A DNA stretch of 64,000 bases from Anaerolineae bacterium (GTDB taxonomy: Bacteria; Chloroflexota; Anaerolineae; CAZYHC01), in the NCBI GenBank assembly GCA_034417895.1, contig DAOULT010000027.1, forward strand, positions 3,738 to 67,737. Direction: 5' to 3'. Below are positions 10,107-20,800 of this stretch, piece by piece. Under the pieces are notes generated by a model that was not told the origin of the DNA, did no database searches, and saw only the letters and a list, made by a program, of their open reading frames with translations. Position numbers and translations under genes: made by a program. Position 1 is the first letter of the stretch. The number at the start of each line of letters is the position of its first letter.

Positions 10107-11780
10107 CTAACGATGAGAAGCAAGAAGCGCTTTACCTTTGCGCCACAAGACTCTGGCCCAGGCATACAGCTTTAGCTTTACGCTCACTCTTCGATTTATA
10201 ATGTTGTTTATCCGAATTGGGGCATGAGCTAGATTAAATCTATAGAAGCTGGTCAGCATTATCTTGTGCAAACAGTCACCGCCCATAATAGTGTGTGCAT
10301 TTGCCAGAAAAGCCTGCCTCCTCCAAACGGAGCTACATAGATCAAAGAAACGCCTGCTTTTCGAGTATGATTTCCCTTGAACGAGGGAGTCATAGTAAAC
10401 CCCGTCTACCAGGAACCCTGCTTCCTCATAGGATAAAGTCAGCTCAAACACTGCATCGTCATATTCAACTCCTGCACACGTCAGCAATACAAAATCGTGG
10501 AGAAGATTATCGGATTGTATCTCGGGCAGAAAACGACGGACTGTCATTACTTCCGGGCACGATGCTAATGGACGTTTGGATACGTAGATGACATCAAGAC
10601 CTTGTCGCCTGTTCCAATGGGCCTGCGCTTCGTGGTAATCCATCTCGGTTTCAACCAGACATATAACAGTGAACTTTTCGTGGGGTACGCGTGCGCTAGA
10701 AATTCCGCCGGATAAACCGCTCCACCATTGTCTCTCCAGGTCGTCGAACAGGGACCTATAGAGCTTGTCATAAGTAAAATTATCGAGCATTTTCTCTCTC
10801 AAGTTTTCGGCGATGGCTTCCCTTTGATGATCATGCTCCAGGTAATAATTTATCTTGTTTATCAGGTCTTCAACGCTATGATAAAAAACGAGGTCTGTAT
10901 CCGCTCTCAAGCCATACGTCGTTTCAAAGGGGGGATAATAGGTGGCTAAGGCCATGGCTTTCACTTTGGCGGCCTCGAAGACTTTGGCATTAATGTGAGG
11001 CTTTCCCTCCCAGTCCTCCATCAGGCTGAGCACAATTTTGGCCCGGGACAGCTCGCGCCAATAGTCCCTGGTATCCAGGAAACCCAGGTAACAGGCTCTC
11101 AGACCTGGATATTTCGTCCACTGCTTACTGCCATAGGTCTTAAGATCAATCCCTGCCTGCCTGACTTTAGTCAGTATATCAGCCCTACTCCCATAGGGCC
11201 TTCCCACAAACAGCACATCTATGTCCCTGGAATCAGAAAGCTCCAAGCTGGAAGGATCGATATCTACAGGCATACCAACAGGCAACAGGTAGGTATATGG
11301 ATTCCAGCGTTGGTACTGTTTGACCTCCTTTTCCGTATAGGCCACCACCGCATCGAATAAGCGGGGCCAGAATTTGTTGTGTGCAAATGTAAACTCATCG
11401 TCCCCGAAGAAACAAGTCACCAGACGCCCTTCTCCCTTAAGTTTTCGAATCGTGTCCGGAAGTACATACAGGGAGTAGTGAGATATTGAGCATAAGCATA
11501 AAATGTCCCACTCATAGGAGAGCACGTGATCTAGAAACAAGGTATTCAGCTTTATGAGGTCAGCGTGATCGAAATAGGAACTCAGTTTCGCCCCGCTGAA
11601 AGAGGCAAGTTCCAGTGCTTTGGCTGGATCTCTATAGAAATCAAATAGATTGATGAAGCTGACTTCACATCCATCCAACGCCTTAACTATCGCCGGATAT
11701 CTTTGATTCATAAAGTAGCCTTCGGGATGAAGATCAGCAGTAGCTATCAAGATTTTCGGGCTATTATTATCACGTGACAT
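10107..11780 (-). CDS. CgeB/YkvP-like glycosyltransferase with extra C-terminal domain
   Basis: DVLFVGRPYGSR, KVFEAA, YYLEHDHQREAIAE typical of Glyco_trans_1_2/CgeB. Confidence 0.75.
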   Translation of the reverse strand: MSRDNNSPKILIATADLHPEGYFMNQRYPAIVKALDGCEVSFINLFDFYRDPAKALELASFSGAKLSSYFDHADLIKLNTLFLDHVLSYEWDILCLCSISHYSLYVLPDTIRKLKGEGRLVTCFFGDDEFTFAHNKFWPRLFDAVVAYTEKEVKQYQRWNPYTYLLPVGMPVDIDPSSLELSDSRDIDVLFVGRPYGSRADILTKVRQAGIDLKTYGSKQWTKYPGLRACYLGFLDTRDYWRELSRAKIVLSLMEDWEGKPHINAKVFEAAKVKAMALATYYPPFETTYGLRADTDLVFYHSVEDLINKINYYLEHDHQREAIAENLREKMLDNFTYDKLYRSLFDDLERQWWSGLSGGISSARVPHEKFTVICLVETEMDYHEAQAHWNRRQGLDVIYVSKRPLASCPEVMTVRRFLPEIQSDNLLHDFVLLTCAGVEYDDAVFELTLSYEEAGFLVDGVYYDSLVQGKSYSKSRRFFDLCSSVWRRQAFLANAHTIMGGDCLHKIMLTSFYRFNLAHAPIRINNIINRRVSVKLKLYAWARVLWRKGKALLASHR

Positions 11781-11814
11781 TACAGATCAGCTCTCTTAGA
11801 GAAGGACAGAGCTA

Positions 11815-12357
11815 TTAGGCTGGCTTGTCGGCTTCCACGTTGAGCATCATCAGCCGTCCGTTTTCTTTGTCCATGTGCGGCAGATAGGCCTGGCTGTAAT
11901 CGTCAATGCCCAGGGTTGCTAATTCAGTCTGCCGCCAATCATAACGCCTGACGTTAACGAACCCCACCTCCGATAAGCCGCGCGCCAAAAAGTCGAAGTC
12001 AAAGATCATACCATGCCAGTCGTAATCATCTTTTTGTCCACCAACTACCAATCCCAACAGTTCTTCGATATCTCCCGCTTCGAGATATCGTTCAGCCGCC
12101 GCTCGAAAGTCAGCGGTCGAGAGACGTAGTATGCCCCCAGGCTTAAGCTTTGCAAACCAGTGTGCCAGTACACTCCTCCACTCCCTTCGCCCGAAGTGCT
12201 CGAGGTTGGCGCATGAATAGAAAAAGTCCACCGAGTTATCCGGCACAGGCAAAGCGCGTATGTCGCATAATAAATTCACACCCGAGAAGGGTTGGATGTC
12301 TACGTTAATGTAGCCGGCGATGATGCGTTTGCCACAGCCGAGGTGAATTTTTATCAC
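11815..12357 (-). CDS. SAM-dependent methyltransferase (type 11-like)
   Basis: IHLGCG motif I, GYINVD, LEHF, LKPGG. Start moved to GTG 12357 (GTGA overlap with the upstream stop). Confidence 0.8.
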   Translation of the reverse strand: MIKIHLGCGKRIIAGYINVDIQPFSGVNLLCDIRALPVPDNSVDFFYSCANLEHFGRREWRSVLAHWFAKLKPGGILRLSTADFRAAAERYLEAGDIEELLGLVVGGQKDDYDWHGMIFDFDFLARGLSEVGFVNVRRYDWRQTELATLGIDDYSQAYLPHMDKENGRLMMLNVEADKPA

Positions 12358-13139
12358 AAGCCCACCCCTGATACATGGTTGCTGTCTTTTTGGCAGGTGA
12401 ACAGGATCTTCCACGTTTCATGGGTAGCCACAACATCTGGCTGCATCCAGGCCGTAACCTTCAGCGTCTCCAGCCCTGCCAGCCTCAAGACATTCTTCAA
12501 ACACCAGGGGGTCCACAACGTCTGTTGATAGCGAAAAGTAAATGCGCGCTTGTTTTCGTGGGCATCTGTCACGCTGACATAGTTATCCACCACCGCCCTT
12601 TGATCTATTAACTCGACGCGAGGGCGGGTGGCAACCTCAATCCGCTCGTCACCAACCACCAGTTGGGAGTCTTTGTCACGTGGCAGATCCAGGATAGCAG
12701 CCAGGCCGTTCCAGCAATCGAAGATAAATAGGCCCTGCTCAACGAGACGCTGGTGGATAGCCTCAAAAAAAGCCAACAGGCTATCCAGGCGGTCAATGTA
12801 GTTTATAACATTGAACAGCGACACCGCCAGATCGAATTTGCCCGCTTCAAGTTCGCTCACGTTCTTACAAGAAAAGGCGGGCACATTGCCTGTCTGGATA
12901 CCACATTTCTGCCGAGCAACCTCAATCGCATCACAATCAATGTCGATGCCCACAACCTCTATCCCCTTCTCGGCAAATACAAAATCATGGCTTCCAGTCC
13001 CACACCCAACGTCTAGAATACGTTTGGGGGTTCGCCCCACAACGTCCTGGAAAACCTTCAAAACAGTATTGGCTTCGCCCTTATAATCCTTTTTTGAAAA
13101 TATCTTGTCATAATACTCATAGTAGAGCGGATCTATCAT
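12354..13139 (-). CDS. Class I SAM-dependent methyltransferase
   Basis: YYDKIFSKKDY, ILDVGCGTGSH, GIDID. Start moved to ATG 13139 (RBS GAGGTG). Confidence 0.85.
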   Translation of the reverse strand: MIDPLYYEYYDKIFSKKDYKGEANTVLKVFQDVVGRTPKRILDVGCGTGSHDFVFAEKGIEVVGIDIDCDAIEVARQKCGIQTGNVPAFSCKNVSELEAGKFDLAVSLFNVINYIDRLDSLLAFFEAIHQRLVEQGLFIFDCWNGLAAILDLPRDKDSQLVVGDERIEVATRPRVELIDQRAVVDNYVSVTDAHENKRAFTFRYQQTLWTPWCLKNVLRLAGLETLKVTAWMQPDVVATHETWKILFTCQKDSNHVSGVGL

Positions 13140-13141
13140 GC

Positions 13142-13915
13142 TCACCTCAGGATCGCGTAATCGGGCAGTTCCGGAAACTGCGCCAACGGTTCTTTGGAAA
13201 TGATCATGGTGTGCGGTTCGTCCGTCCCTTCGAAGACGTGGTAATGGAAATGAACGGCCTCCCACGGCAGCATTCCTGCTTTGAAAAGAGACTGAATGTC
13301 GTCCAAGAAGGCGTGCCGTGACCAGTTTTCCGCCAAAATCACCTGCCTGTTCGCATGAGCGAACAAATTGGATAATGCCGTCTTGTGGTTATCCCCAGTC
13401 TGGATATGCATGATCACCGTTATCGTGAACACGATATCGGCGTGGGGGAGGTCCAGCTTGTCCCTGGGGAGCGTGATGTCGCGCACCTTCATCGGTACGT
13501 CCAGCTCCGGATGGCGCTCACGAGCAAAGTCCAGTTGTTCCTTAGAAATGTCACAGCCGAAGAGCTCGATCGATGGCCTCAGCAACCGGAGGTTGTGAAG
13601 ATGATCACCTCCGCCGCAGCCGACTTCGATTACGGACGCCGGGGACAGCCGCAAGAGGGCTTCATACGTCACCTGCACGACGGGATGCAGAGGCTTGATG
13701 TCGCGTTGCCTGACAAGCTTGCCATCTTCGAAGCGATAATCGCCCTCCTGCAAGCTCAGCGTGAACCTCTCTTCGCTGTGCGCCTGTTGCAGCCGATAGA
13801 GCTGGGTGTAATACCGCCAATCAAAGTCGTCGTTCTTGTACCTGGGACCAACAACCAACCACACCAGCCTCTGAATACTAATACTCCTTCGCACCTTTCT
13901 CGGGAAATCGGCCAT
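13142..13915 (-). CDS. Class I SAM-dependent methyltransferase
   Basis: VIEVGCGGG, GCDIS. Start moved to ATG 13915 (RBS GGGAG). Confidence 0.8.
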   Translation of the reverse strand: MADFPRKVRRSISIQRLVWLVVGPRYKNDDFDWRYYTQLYRLQQAHSEERFTLSLQEGDYRFEDGKLVRQRDIKPLHPVVQVTYEALLRLSPASVIEVGCGGGDHLHNLRLLRPSIELFGCDISKEQLDFARERHPELDVPMKVRDITLPRDKLDLPHADIVFTITVIMHIQTGDNHKTALSNLFAHANRQVILAENWSRHAFLDDIQSLFKAGMLPWEAVHFHYHVFEGTDEPHTMIISKEPLAQFPELPDYAILR

Positions 13916-15023
13916 GATAAAACTCCCTGATACACGTGCAGACATAGGCCGTCTGGCCCCGGGTCAGCGTGGGGAAAACGGGCAAACACACCCCATGCTC
14001 GTAACCATAAACCGCGTTGGGATAATTCTTGTCATCCAGGTCAAGCGGTCCTCCCTCGCCCTTCCCCAGGTAGGCAAAACATGGCTGCTTATGCAGGGGA
14101 TAAAAAAACGTCCGGGGTTGAACGCCGCGCTCCGAAAGGTGGGGCATCAAACGATGCGCATCTTGAGCAATGAGCACCACGCGAAAGGGAGCGTACTCAG
14201 ACCCAGGCTCCAAAGTCAGGAACGTTACTTCTTCTACGGAATCCAGTTCATCACGATACCAATCCAGGATGGTAAGCTTACGTTCGATAATATTATCCAA
14301 TTTATCTAATTGTGCCAATCCAACGGCGGCCTGCAAGTCAGTCATGCGGAAGTTATAGCCAACGGCCGGATGAATAAACGTGCCCCGATGAAGCCTGCCC
14401 TGGTTTCTAAGCAGCAATAAGCGTTCATATATCTCCTTGTCTTTACAAACAACGTATCCGCCTTCGCCAGTGGTGATCGTCTTATCGGCAAAGAAAGAGA
14501 AACAACCCACCTCGCCAAAAGTTCCTGCGTGTTGTCCCTTATATCTAACTCCTATTGCCTCGGCGGCATCCTCAATCACGAACAGGTCGTGCTTTTGGGC
14601 AAATTCCATCACCTCCGTCATATTGGCGACCATGCCGTAGAGGTGGACGGGCATAATGGCTCGCGTCTGGGGCGTCAACAACTGTTCGCATTTCGATACC
14701 TCGATCTGGTAGTTGTAGCCATTCACTTCTACAAATATTGGCGTGGCCCCAGCCAGAATAACGGAATTCGCCGAAGCGATAAAGGTGGTATCAGGCACCA
14801 GAACCTCGTCACCCGGCCCAATGTCCAAAGCCAGCAGCCCAAGAAAGAGAGCCAATGTTCCGTTCGGGGCAAACACGCCGTATTCCGTTCCGATTAACTC
14901 ATTGAGTCTGGCGCTAAACTCGGCTGACCTGGGCCCCTCTGTGATCCAGGTGTCCTCAATAGCACCTGAAACAGCTTCTATCTCGTCTTTACCGAGCCAG
15001 GGTTGAACTTGTGGGATTTTCAT
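13878..15023 (-). CDS. DegT/DnrJ/EryC1/StrS PLP aminotransferase (perosamine synthase-like)
   Basis: PVHLYG, IEDAAEA, SFFADKTITTGEGG, GYNFRMTDLQAAVGLAQL. Confidence 0.9.
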   Translation of the reverse strand: MKIPQVQPWLGKDEIEAVSGAIEDTWITEGPRSAEFSARLNELIGTEYGVFAPNGTLALFLGLLALDIGPGDEVLVPDTTFIASANSVILAGATPIFVEVNGYNYQIEVSKCEQLLTPQTRAIMPVHLYGMVANMTEVMEFAQKHDLFVIEDAAEAIGVRYKGQHAGTFGEVGCFSFFADKTITTGEGGYVVCKDKEIYERLLLLRNQGRLHRGTFIHPAVGYNFRMTDLQAAVGLAQLDKLDNIIERKLTILDWYRDELDSVEEVTFLTLEPGSEYAPFRVVLIAQDAHRLMPHLSERGVQPRTFFYPLHKQPCFAYLGKGEGGPLDLDDKNYPNAVYGYEHGVCLPVFPTLTRGQTAYVCTCIREFYHGRFPEKGAKEY

Positions 15024-15040
15024 AGTGTGTTCTCCTTTTA

Positions 15041-15958
15041 TTAGATCGGTCTAATGAAGGAATTGGGATCGTAAAAACGGTACAGCTTAACCAGCTCGCG
15101 AACGCCATCGTCCAGCGTGTACTTACAGGCATAGCCCAGCGCCCGAACCTTTGCAAACGACACGTAGAAATGTCGAACATCTTTATCCCCAAAACTCGAG
15201 TCAATAATTTCAAAGGATACATAGCGCTGGATGTGCTCGGCGATCTCTCGCTTTGAAAAATTCAACTCCTCGCTGCCCATGTTGTAAATTTGACCTCGCA
15301 TCTGCTCGGCATGGTCCAGCGCAACAAGATAGCCATTCACGCAGTCCTTGATATGCATGAAGGTGCGCTTAGAGTCCCCGGCATACAAAACCAGGGTGCC
15401 TTCATGAACTGCCTTCTCGACAAAATCATTCACCAACAGGCCGGCTCTCATCCGTGGGCTCACGCCGAAAACAGTAGCCCAGCGCAACGAGATCGAGTTC
15501 TCACGCTGCATCAACACCTGTTCAGCCTCATATTTTGTAACCCCATACAGGCTGACCGGGCTTACCTCAATGTCTTCATCGCTTATTTCCCCTGTAGCTC
15601 CATAGATTGAGGTGGTCGAGGCGTAAATGAGCAATTGATCTTTGGCCAGATGCTCGGCTATACGCGCTGTAGCATCAAGGTTGATCAGTTTGGCCGAATT
15701 TGGATTAGCCTCACAGGCCGGATAGCCGCTGATGGCTGCCAAGTGAAATATGACATCCTGGTCTTGCAGATACGAGAGATCTTGGTTTCGAATATCTGTC
15801 TTGATGATCTCTAGATTGGGGTAGGGCACAATATGCAGAACAGGTTCATAACCATACATGAAATTATCGATAATGGTGACTTTGTGGCCCTGTTCTAACA
15901 AAGCCTGAGCCAGAAGGTTACCTATATAGCCTGCGCCGCCTGTCACTAAAATATTCAT
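15041..15958 (-). CDS. NAD-dependent epimerase/dehydratase (extended SDR)
   Basis: VTGGAGYIG, HLAA, YGVTK (YxxxK). Confidence 0.9.
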   Translation of the reverse strand: MNILVTGGAGYIGNLLAQALLEQGHKVTIIDNFMYGYEPVLHIVPYPNLEIIKTDIRNQDLSYLQDQDVIFHLAAISGYPACEANPNSAKLINLDATARIAEHLAKDQLLIYASTTSIYGATGEISDEDIEVSPVSLYGVTKYEAEQVLMQRENSISLRWATVFGVSPRMRAGLLVNDFVEKAVHEGTLVLYAGDSKRTFMHIKDCVNGYLVALDHAEQMRGQIYNMGSEELNFSKREIAEHIQRYVSFEIIDSSFGDKDVRHFYVSFAKVRALGYACKYTLDDGVRELVKLYRFYDPNSFIRPI

Positions 15959-16099
15959 CTTGCTTCCTCCTGAGAAAATATTAATTAGAGTTGTTACACA
16001 AGCGAGAAATACAGGTTGCCACCCGAAGCTGACACGCGAGCAAGTTCCCGTGCTTCCAACAAATTCTCAGATTTAAAAAGAAACTCATCGATACCCGCC

Positions 16100-17365
16100 C
16101 TACCACCCTTTTAACAAAATACGTGCTGCTGACCGCAGTCTTTTCCACAGATACTCAGGCACCACCTTTCCTTGCCTGGGCCACCATTCAACCTCATTCA
16201 CCGTATAACCTAGAATGTTCTCACACAGTTCAGCCGCGCCAAAGACGTCCGCCACCCCAAAGTCCGCGGCGTTCAAGCGAAGGTCCCTACCATCAAACCC
16301 TTTTTTCCATGCTGGACGCTGAGCGCGGCTCTGGAACAAAGAAGCACGATCTGAGAATTCGGAATCAAACCACCTCTGCAAATCAATATCATCTGTCAGC
16401 GAATCATGAATGGCCTGCAGAGATCTTCTCCATTCCTCTTCACTATCCAATTCCAACCTCAACGCCTGCACACAGTTGCTAACCAGGCGCTTACGATCGA
16501 GACGGAGATTTGAGTCATCGGGAAACAGTGCATCCTTTGCACGTTGAAATGAATCTGCAATCATTGCCAGCGTGTGTGGAATATCAGGTATTTGTGGAAG
16601 AAGTCCAAGACCTGCTTTAGCACTCAGAAGGCGAAACTCTCGTGCAATCGGAGAACTGCCATTCGTACCCATGGTTGCGTGACCAGTGCTCTTTGCCGAT
16701 CCCGCATTAATGCTCATCGGGTAACCTACAGACGCATAACGCTGGGCCAGATATGCAAATGCAAAACCGGAATAGATGTCAGGATTAGATGCGCCGAACA
16801 CACGTCCAGTTCGTTTGCGTAATAAAGTAATCAAGTCTTGGTGAATGGCTGAATTGTACAGCATGGGCAGCATCGTATAATTCATTCTGTGGTTCACTAT
16901 TCTTGGAATAACCTTACGACCTTGCAGAATACGATTTTCCCGAACCAATGGAATGTGAAGCCTGTTTGCCGTCTCCCCGCCGGGTACGTTGGGCCAATTG
17001 TAGTGAACACGCTCCCAGCGTAGGGCCTTGACCCCTGACACCTGGAGCAAACGATCCACTTCGCGAAGCGCATGGAACAGGAGCCCATCGTCATCGCCAA
17101 TAACGATAACGTATTCGGCAACGGCATGAGAGACGGCCAGTTCCCAGTTTTCGCTCATAGCCAGCGGTCGATCCGAACGAACGTACTTAATCTTCGCCGA
17201 TTCAAAACTGTCAACCGTCTCCCTGGTCGCAGCAGAACTACAGTTATCACAAACAACGATCTCGTAGCCGTCAAACTGCTGAGCCAGGCACGTGCGCAAC
17301 GTATACCGCAAAGTCTCAGCTCGTTCTCGTGTGGGAATCACGATACTGAATCTAAGATCTGACAT
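16100..17365 (-). CDS. Glycosyltransferase family 2
   Basis: FSIVIPTRER, VVCDNCS, IGDDD (DXD). Confidence 0.9.
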   Translation of the reverse strand: MSDLRFSIVIPTRERAETLRYTLRTCLAQQFDGYEIVVCDNCSSAATRETVDSFESAKIKYVRSDRPLAMSENWELAVSHAVAEYVIVIGDDDGLLFHALREVDRLLQVSGVKALRWERVHYNWPNVPGGETANRLHIPLVRENRILQGRKVIPRIVNHRMNYTMLPMLYNSAIHQDLITLLRKRTGRVFGASNPDIYSGFAFAYLAQRYASVGYPMSINAGSAKSTGHATMGTNGSSPIAREFRLLSAKAGLGLLPQIPDIPHTLAMIADSFQRAKDALFPDDSNLRLDRKRLVSNCVQALRLELDSEEEWRRSLQAIHDSLTDDIDLQRWFDSEFSDRASLFQSRAQRPAWKKGFDGRDLRLNAADFGVADVFGAAELCENILGYTVNEVEWWPRQGKVVPEYLWKRLRSAARILLKGW

Positions 17366-17368
17366 TGT

Positions 17369-18121
17369 TCACTCCGCTTTGCGCCTCAAAAACCCGTTAG
17401 AACAGTACGTTACCACCAGCCGGTTGTAATACGGATCCACCTCAAACTCCTCGTGCTCCGCCAGGAAGTCCCGAATGGCCGCCGCCGGGCTATCCGTTGC
17501 CCACGACGGCGAGCCATTGGGCGCGTCGGTCAGGATCTCCATCACGCCATCGAACACCACCATGTAGCTCCCCGGCATCACCAACTTCGAGTACTTTTCC
17601 ATCTCCTCCCGGATGTGGTTGTAGGTGTGGTTGGAATCCAGCGCCACCAGCACTGTGTCCTGGGGGCAGATTGATTGGCGAACCTGGGCCAGGACATTAT
17701 CGTCGGTGGAACTTCCTTCAATAAGGGTGATGCGCTTGCTCATAGGGTGGGCTTGAATAGCCAGGCGATTATACTTGCGAATCTCGATATCTATGGAGAT
17801 AACACGTCCCTTCCCCAGCAATTCCAGCATGGAGGCATAGAGCATGGCCGTTCCGCCGTGAGCGGTTCCGGTTTCCACGATGACATCGGGTCTGACTTTG
17901 TAGATCACTTCTTGCATGATCAAGATGTCTTCAGGGAGCTGGATGATCGGGATACCCAGCCACGTTACTTCGTATGAGAACTTGCGCTGCCAGCCTGAGC
18001 GCGTCCAAAGGTTCGACAAAATCTGGAAGCCTTCTTCGGTGTAGATGTCAATCTCCCGAACCCCATCGGGCAACTCGATTTGAAATCTACTGCCCAGAGG
18101 CTGGCTTGTTGGCTCGTTCAT
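17369..18121 (-). CDS. CmcI (cephalosporin hydroxylase)/rhamnosyl O-methyltransferase family protein
   Basis: WLGIPIIQLPED, PDVIVETGTAHGG, LDSNHTYNH family motifs. Confidence 0.85.
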   Translation of the reverse strand: MNEPTSQPLGSRFQIELPDGVREIDIYTEEGFQILSNLWTRSGWQRKFSYEVTWLGIPIIQLPEDILIMQEVIYKVRPDVIVETGTAHGGTAMLYASMLELLGKGRVISIDIEIRKYNRLAIQAHPMSKRITLIEGSSTDDNVLAQVRQSICPQDTVLVALDSNHTYNHIREEMEKYSKLVMPGSYMVVFDGVMEILTDAPNGSPSWATDSPAAAIRDFLAEHEEFEVDPYYNRLVVTYCSNGFLRRKAE

Positions 18122-18127
18122 CCTCGT

Positions 18128-19048
18128 TCATGACCTCCTTAGATGTGCCTGCCACCAGGCAATAGTGTGCCGCAATCCTTGCTCCAGATCATACTGTGGA
18201 ACCCAGGTGGTATTCTCTGTCAATCGACGGTTATTGGCGCAAATGAACATCGGGTCAGAGGCGCTGTAAGGCAAAGCACCGAGGGCGATCAACTCAGGAC
18301 GATTAAGGATATTCCCAATCTTGGTGACGATATCCCGCACCGCAACCGGCTGGCCCGAACCAATATTGACCGGGCCTGAAAGATCGCTTCGAGCGACAGC
18401 CCAGATGGCCGCCGCCACATCCTCGACGTGCAGGAAATCCCTGATTTGCTCACCCTTTGTCGTCCTCGCCACCTGGTTACGCCACAGTGAGCAAATGACG
18501 GAGGGTACCAGGCGTCGTTCAGCCTCAAAGGGACCATATTGGTAGAAGAGACGCACCCAGGCAACGTCCATTCCGGTGACGTTTGCAAACTGTTCCAGGA
18601 CAATTTGCAGAGCCAGCTTGCTGGCTGCGTACAGGCTGCGCGGCCTGGTAGGACTCGATTCGGAAAGATAGCCAAAAGTGGTATCATATTCGAAACACGT
18701 ACCGATCCCAACGAACCGCTTACAACCCAAGTCTGCCAGCCGGGAGGCCAGGTGCAGGCTGGCGCTCAGCAGACTCAAATTCTCGCGAGCGGTCAGGTAC
18801 TTGCCCGGCACCGCGTACCAGGCCAGGTGAATACACAGGTCGGGCCGAATTTGTTCCAAATGAGCATTCAATTCACCGAAGGACAGCAGGTCACCTCGCT
18901 CCAGGTGCACCAGCGGAACGATATCCTCGATCCGACATAAGTCGCTACTCTCGCGTACGAGAGCATGTACCTGGTAACCCTCACTCACCAGCAACCTTGC
19001 CACATGTGAGCCAATGAAGCCTGTGGCTCCGGTCAGGAAAACCCTCAT
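18128..19048 (-). CDS. NDP-4-keto-6-deoxyhexose reductase / NAD-dependent epimerase
   Basis: LTGATGFIG, HLAW, GTCFEY, YAASK; resembles abequose/paratose synthase-type reductases. Confidence 0.8.
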   Translation of the reverse strand: MRVFLTGATGFIGSHVARLLVSEGYQVHALVRESSDLCRIEDIVPLVHLERGDLLSFGELNAHLEQIRPDLCIHLAWYAVPGKYLTARENLSLLSASLHLASRLADLGCKRFVGIGTCFEYDTTFGYLSESSPTRPRSLYAASKLALQIVLEQFANVTGMDVAWVRLFYQYGPFEAERRLVPSVICSLWRNQVARTTKGEQIRDFLHVEDVAAAIWAVARSDLSGPVNIGSGQPVAVRDIVTKIGNILNRPELIALGALPYSASDPMFICANNRRLTENTTWVPQYDLEQGLRHTIAWWQAHLRRS

Positions 19049-19064
19049 CTCACTGCTCTCTTCT

Positions 19065-19568
19065 CTAATGATGCTTCACCGCCCAATCGTATGGAATACG
19101 ATTGTCGAACGGGTCCAGTCGGGTGCTGCGCGCTGGATCGTGGGTATGGGTGCAGCAATTGGCTACAATAGCATAAGGCTCGCTCATCCCCTTAAACCCA
19201 TTCCACACCTCGGGCGGGATGATGACCAGCGAATAATTATCCGGCCCCAGAAAGACTTCCATGAGCGTTCCCTTTGTGGGCGAACCTTCCCGCTCGTCGT
19301 AGAGCACCAGTTTGATGCGCCCGAAGATACAGGCATAGTTCAGCGTCATTTCGCGGTGTTTGTGCCAGCCTTTAATCACGCCTGGATAGATCGTCGAAAA
19401 GTATATCTCGCCAAATTGGATAAAATGGGGATCGGTGCACTTCAGCATGTGATAAATGGTTCCCCGCTCATCGGGAATCCGCCGCAAAGGGATGACTTTC
19501 ACTCCTTCTATGATCCCGTCTCCGCCCACGATTTTGACCCCACCCGGCAAACTCGCCTCACGTTTCAT
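19065..19568 (-). CDS. NDP-4-keto-6-deoxyhexose 3,5-epimerase (RmlC-like cupin)
   Basis: [24 protein letters not shown]. Confidence 0.85.
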   Translation of the reverse strand: MKREASLPGGVKIVGGDGIIEGVKVIPLRRIPDERGTIYHMLKCTDPHFIQFGEIYFSTIYPGVIKGWHKHREMTLNYACIFGRIKLVLYDEREGSPTKGTLMEVFLGPDNYSLVIIPPEVWNGFKGMSEPYAIVANCCTHTHDPARSTRLDPFDNRIPYDWAVKHH

Positions 19569-20800
19569 ACCATCTTTACCTCTGGGATAGGAATGATGAA
19601 TTGCCCTCCCCGCTGTCGGTACTCCGCCTGCTGCTTCAGGATCTCCTCGGCGAAGTTCCAGGCCAACAACAGGACGTAGTCGGGCATCGCTTCCAGCAGC
19701 CTGGCCGGTGGATAGATCGGCAGGTGGATGCCCGGCATGTAGCGCCCTTGCTTGTAGGTGCTGCGATCCACCACGAAGTCCAGGGTCTCTCGTCCAATAC
19801 CGAAGTAGTTCAACAGCGTGCTCCCTTTAGCGGCGGCCCCATAAGCCGCCAATCGCTTCCCCTGCTGCTTCAACTCCAGCAGCAGGTTGCGCAGAGACGC
19901 TTTCAAGTCCTCCACCCGCCAGGCAAACCCCTGATAGAACTCCAGACGGTCCGCTCCCCACACCGCCTCCTCGTCCAGGAGAGCACGCACGGCAGGCCCG
20001 CGCTGCGCCGAATCAGCCCTGGCGACGAGCAGCCGCAGCGAGCCGCCGTGAATGGGAATGCGCTCCACATCCTGGATGACCAGGGCGTGCCCCTGAAACA
20101 GGCGCTCCAACGCCGTGAGCGAAAAGTAGCATAGATGCTCATGATAGATGGTGTCGAACTCACAGTGATCGATCAGATCTTTGACGTAAGGCACCTCGAT
20201 CACGGCCAGGCCATCGTCTTTCAGGAGCAGTTGGAAGCCGTGGACGAACCCGTTCAGGTCTGCCACGTGGGCCAGCACGTTGTTGGCATGAATCACGTCA
20301 GCCCGCTCCCCGTCCTCCCTGAGTTGCCGGGCCAGTTGCTTGCCAAAGAACTGGCACAAGGTACGGATGCCACGCTCTTCTTGCGCCACCCGTGCCACGT
20401 TGACCGCTGGCTCTATGCCCAGTACTGGAATGCCCTCCCGATGATAGTACTGGAGCAGATAACCGTCGTTGCTGGCGACTTCCACCGCCAGGCTGTCGTC
20501 ATTCAAACGGCGTGAGACAATCAGGCGCCCGACAATCTCTTCAGCATGTCGCAAAATGGTGTCGGAGAAGGACGAGAAGTAGAGGTACTCTCGAAACAGC
20601 TTCTCCGGCGGCACGGTCTCCGTGATCTGCACCAGAGCACAATGGGGGCAAAAAGCCAGATCGAGCGGATAGGTCGGCTCAGGTTCTTCCAATTGCTCTG
20701 CTGTAAGCAAGGCATTGGCTAGCGGCGTCCGGCCCAGGGATAGAACCAGCTCCAGGTCGGCTTCACCGCAAGACCGACAGACGGGCGATGCGCTACTCAT
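19565..20800 (-). CDS. NDP-hexose 3-C-methyltransferase
   Basis: Zn site CRSC...CPHC...[40 protein letters not shown] - C-methyltransferase family (TylC3/NovU-like). Confidence 0.9.
   Translation of the reverse strand: MSSASPVCRSCGEADLELVLSLGRTPLANALLTAEQLEEPEPTYPLDLAFCPHCALVQITETVPPEKLFREYLYFSSFSDTILRHAEEIVGRLIVSRRLNDDSLAVEVASNDGYLLQYYHREGIPVLGIEPAVNVARVAQEERGIRTLCQFFGKQLARQLREDGERADVIHANNVLAHVADLNGFVHGFQLLLKDDGLAVIEVPYVKDLIDHCEFDTIYHEHLCYFSLTALERLFQGHALVIQDVERIPIHGGSLRLLVARADSAQRGPAVRALLDEEAVWGADRLEFYQGFAWRVEDLKASLRNLLLELKQQGKRLAAYGAAAKGSTLLNYFGIGRETLDFVVDRSTYKQGRYMPGIHLPIYPPARLLEAMPDYVLLLAWNFAEEILKQQAEYRQRGGQFIIPIPEVKMV

Noticed and set aside
15959-16099. 35-codon minus-strand ORF in an intergenic gap
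   Set aside because: No recognisable motif or convincing RBS; cannot be supported.
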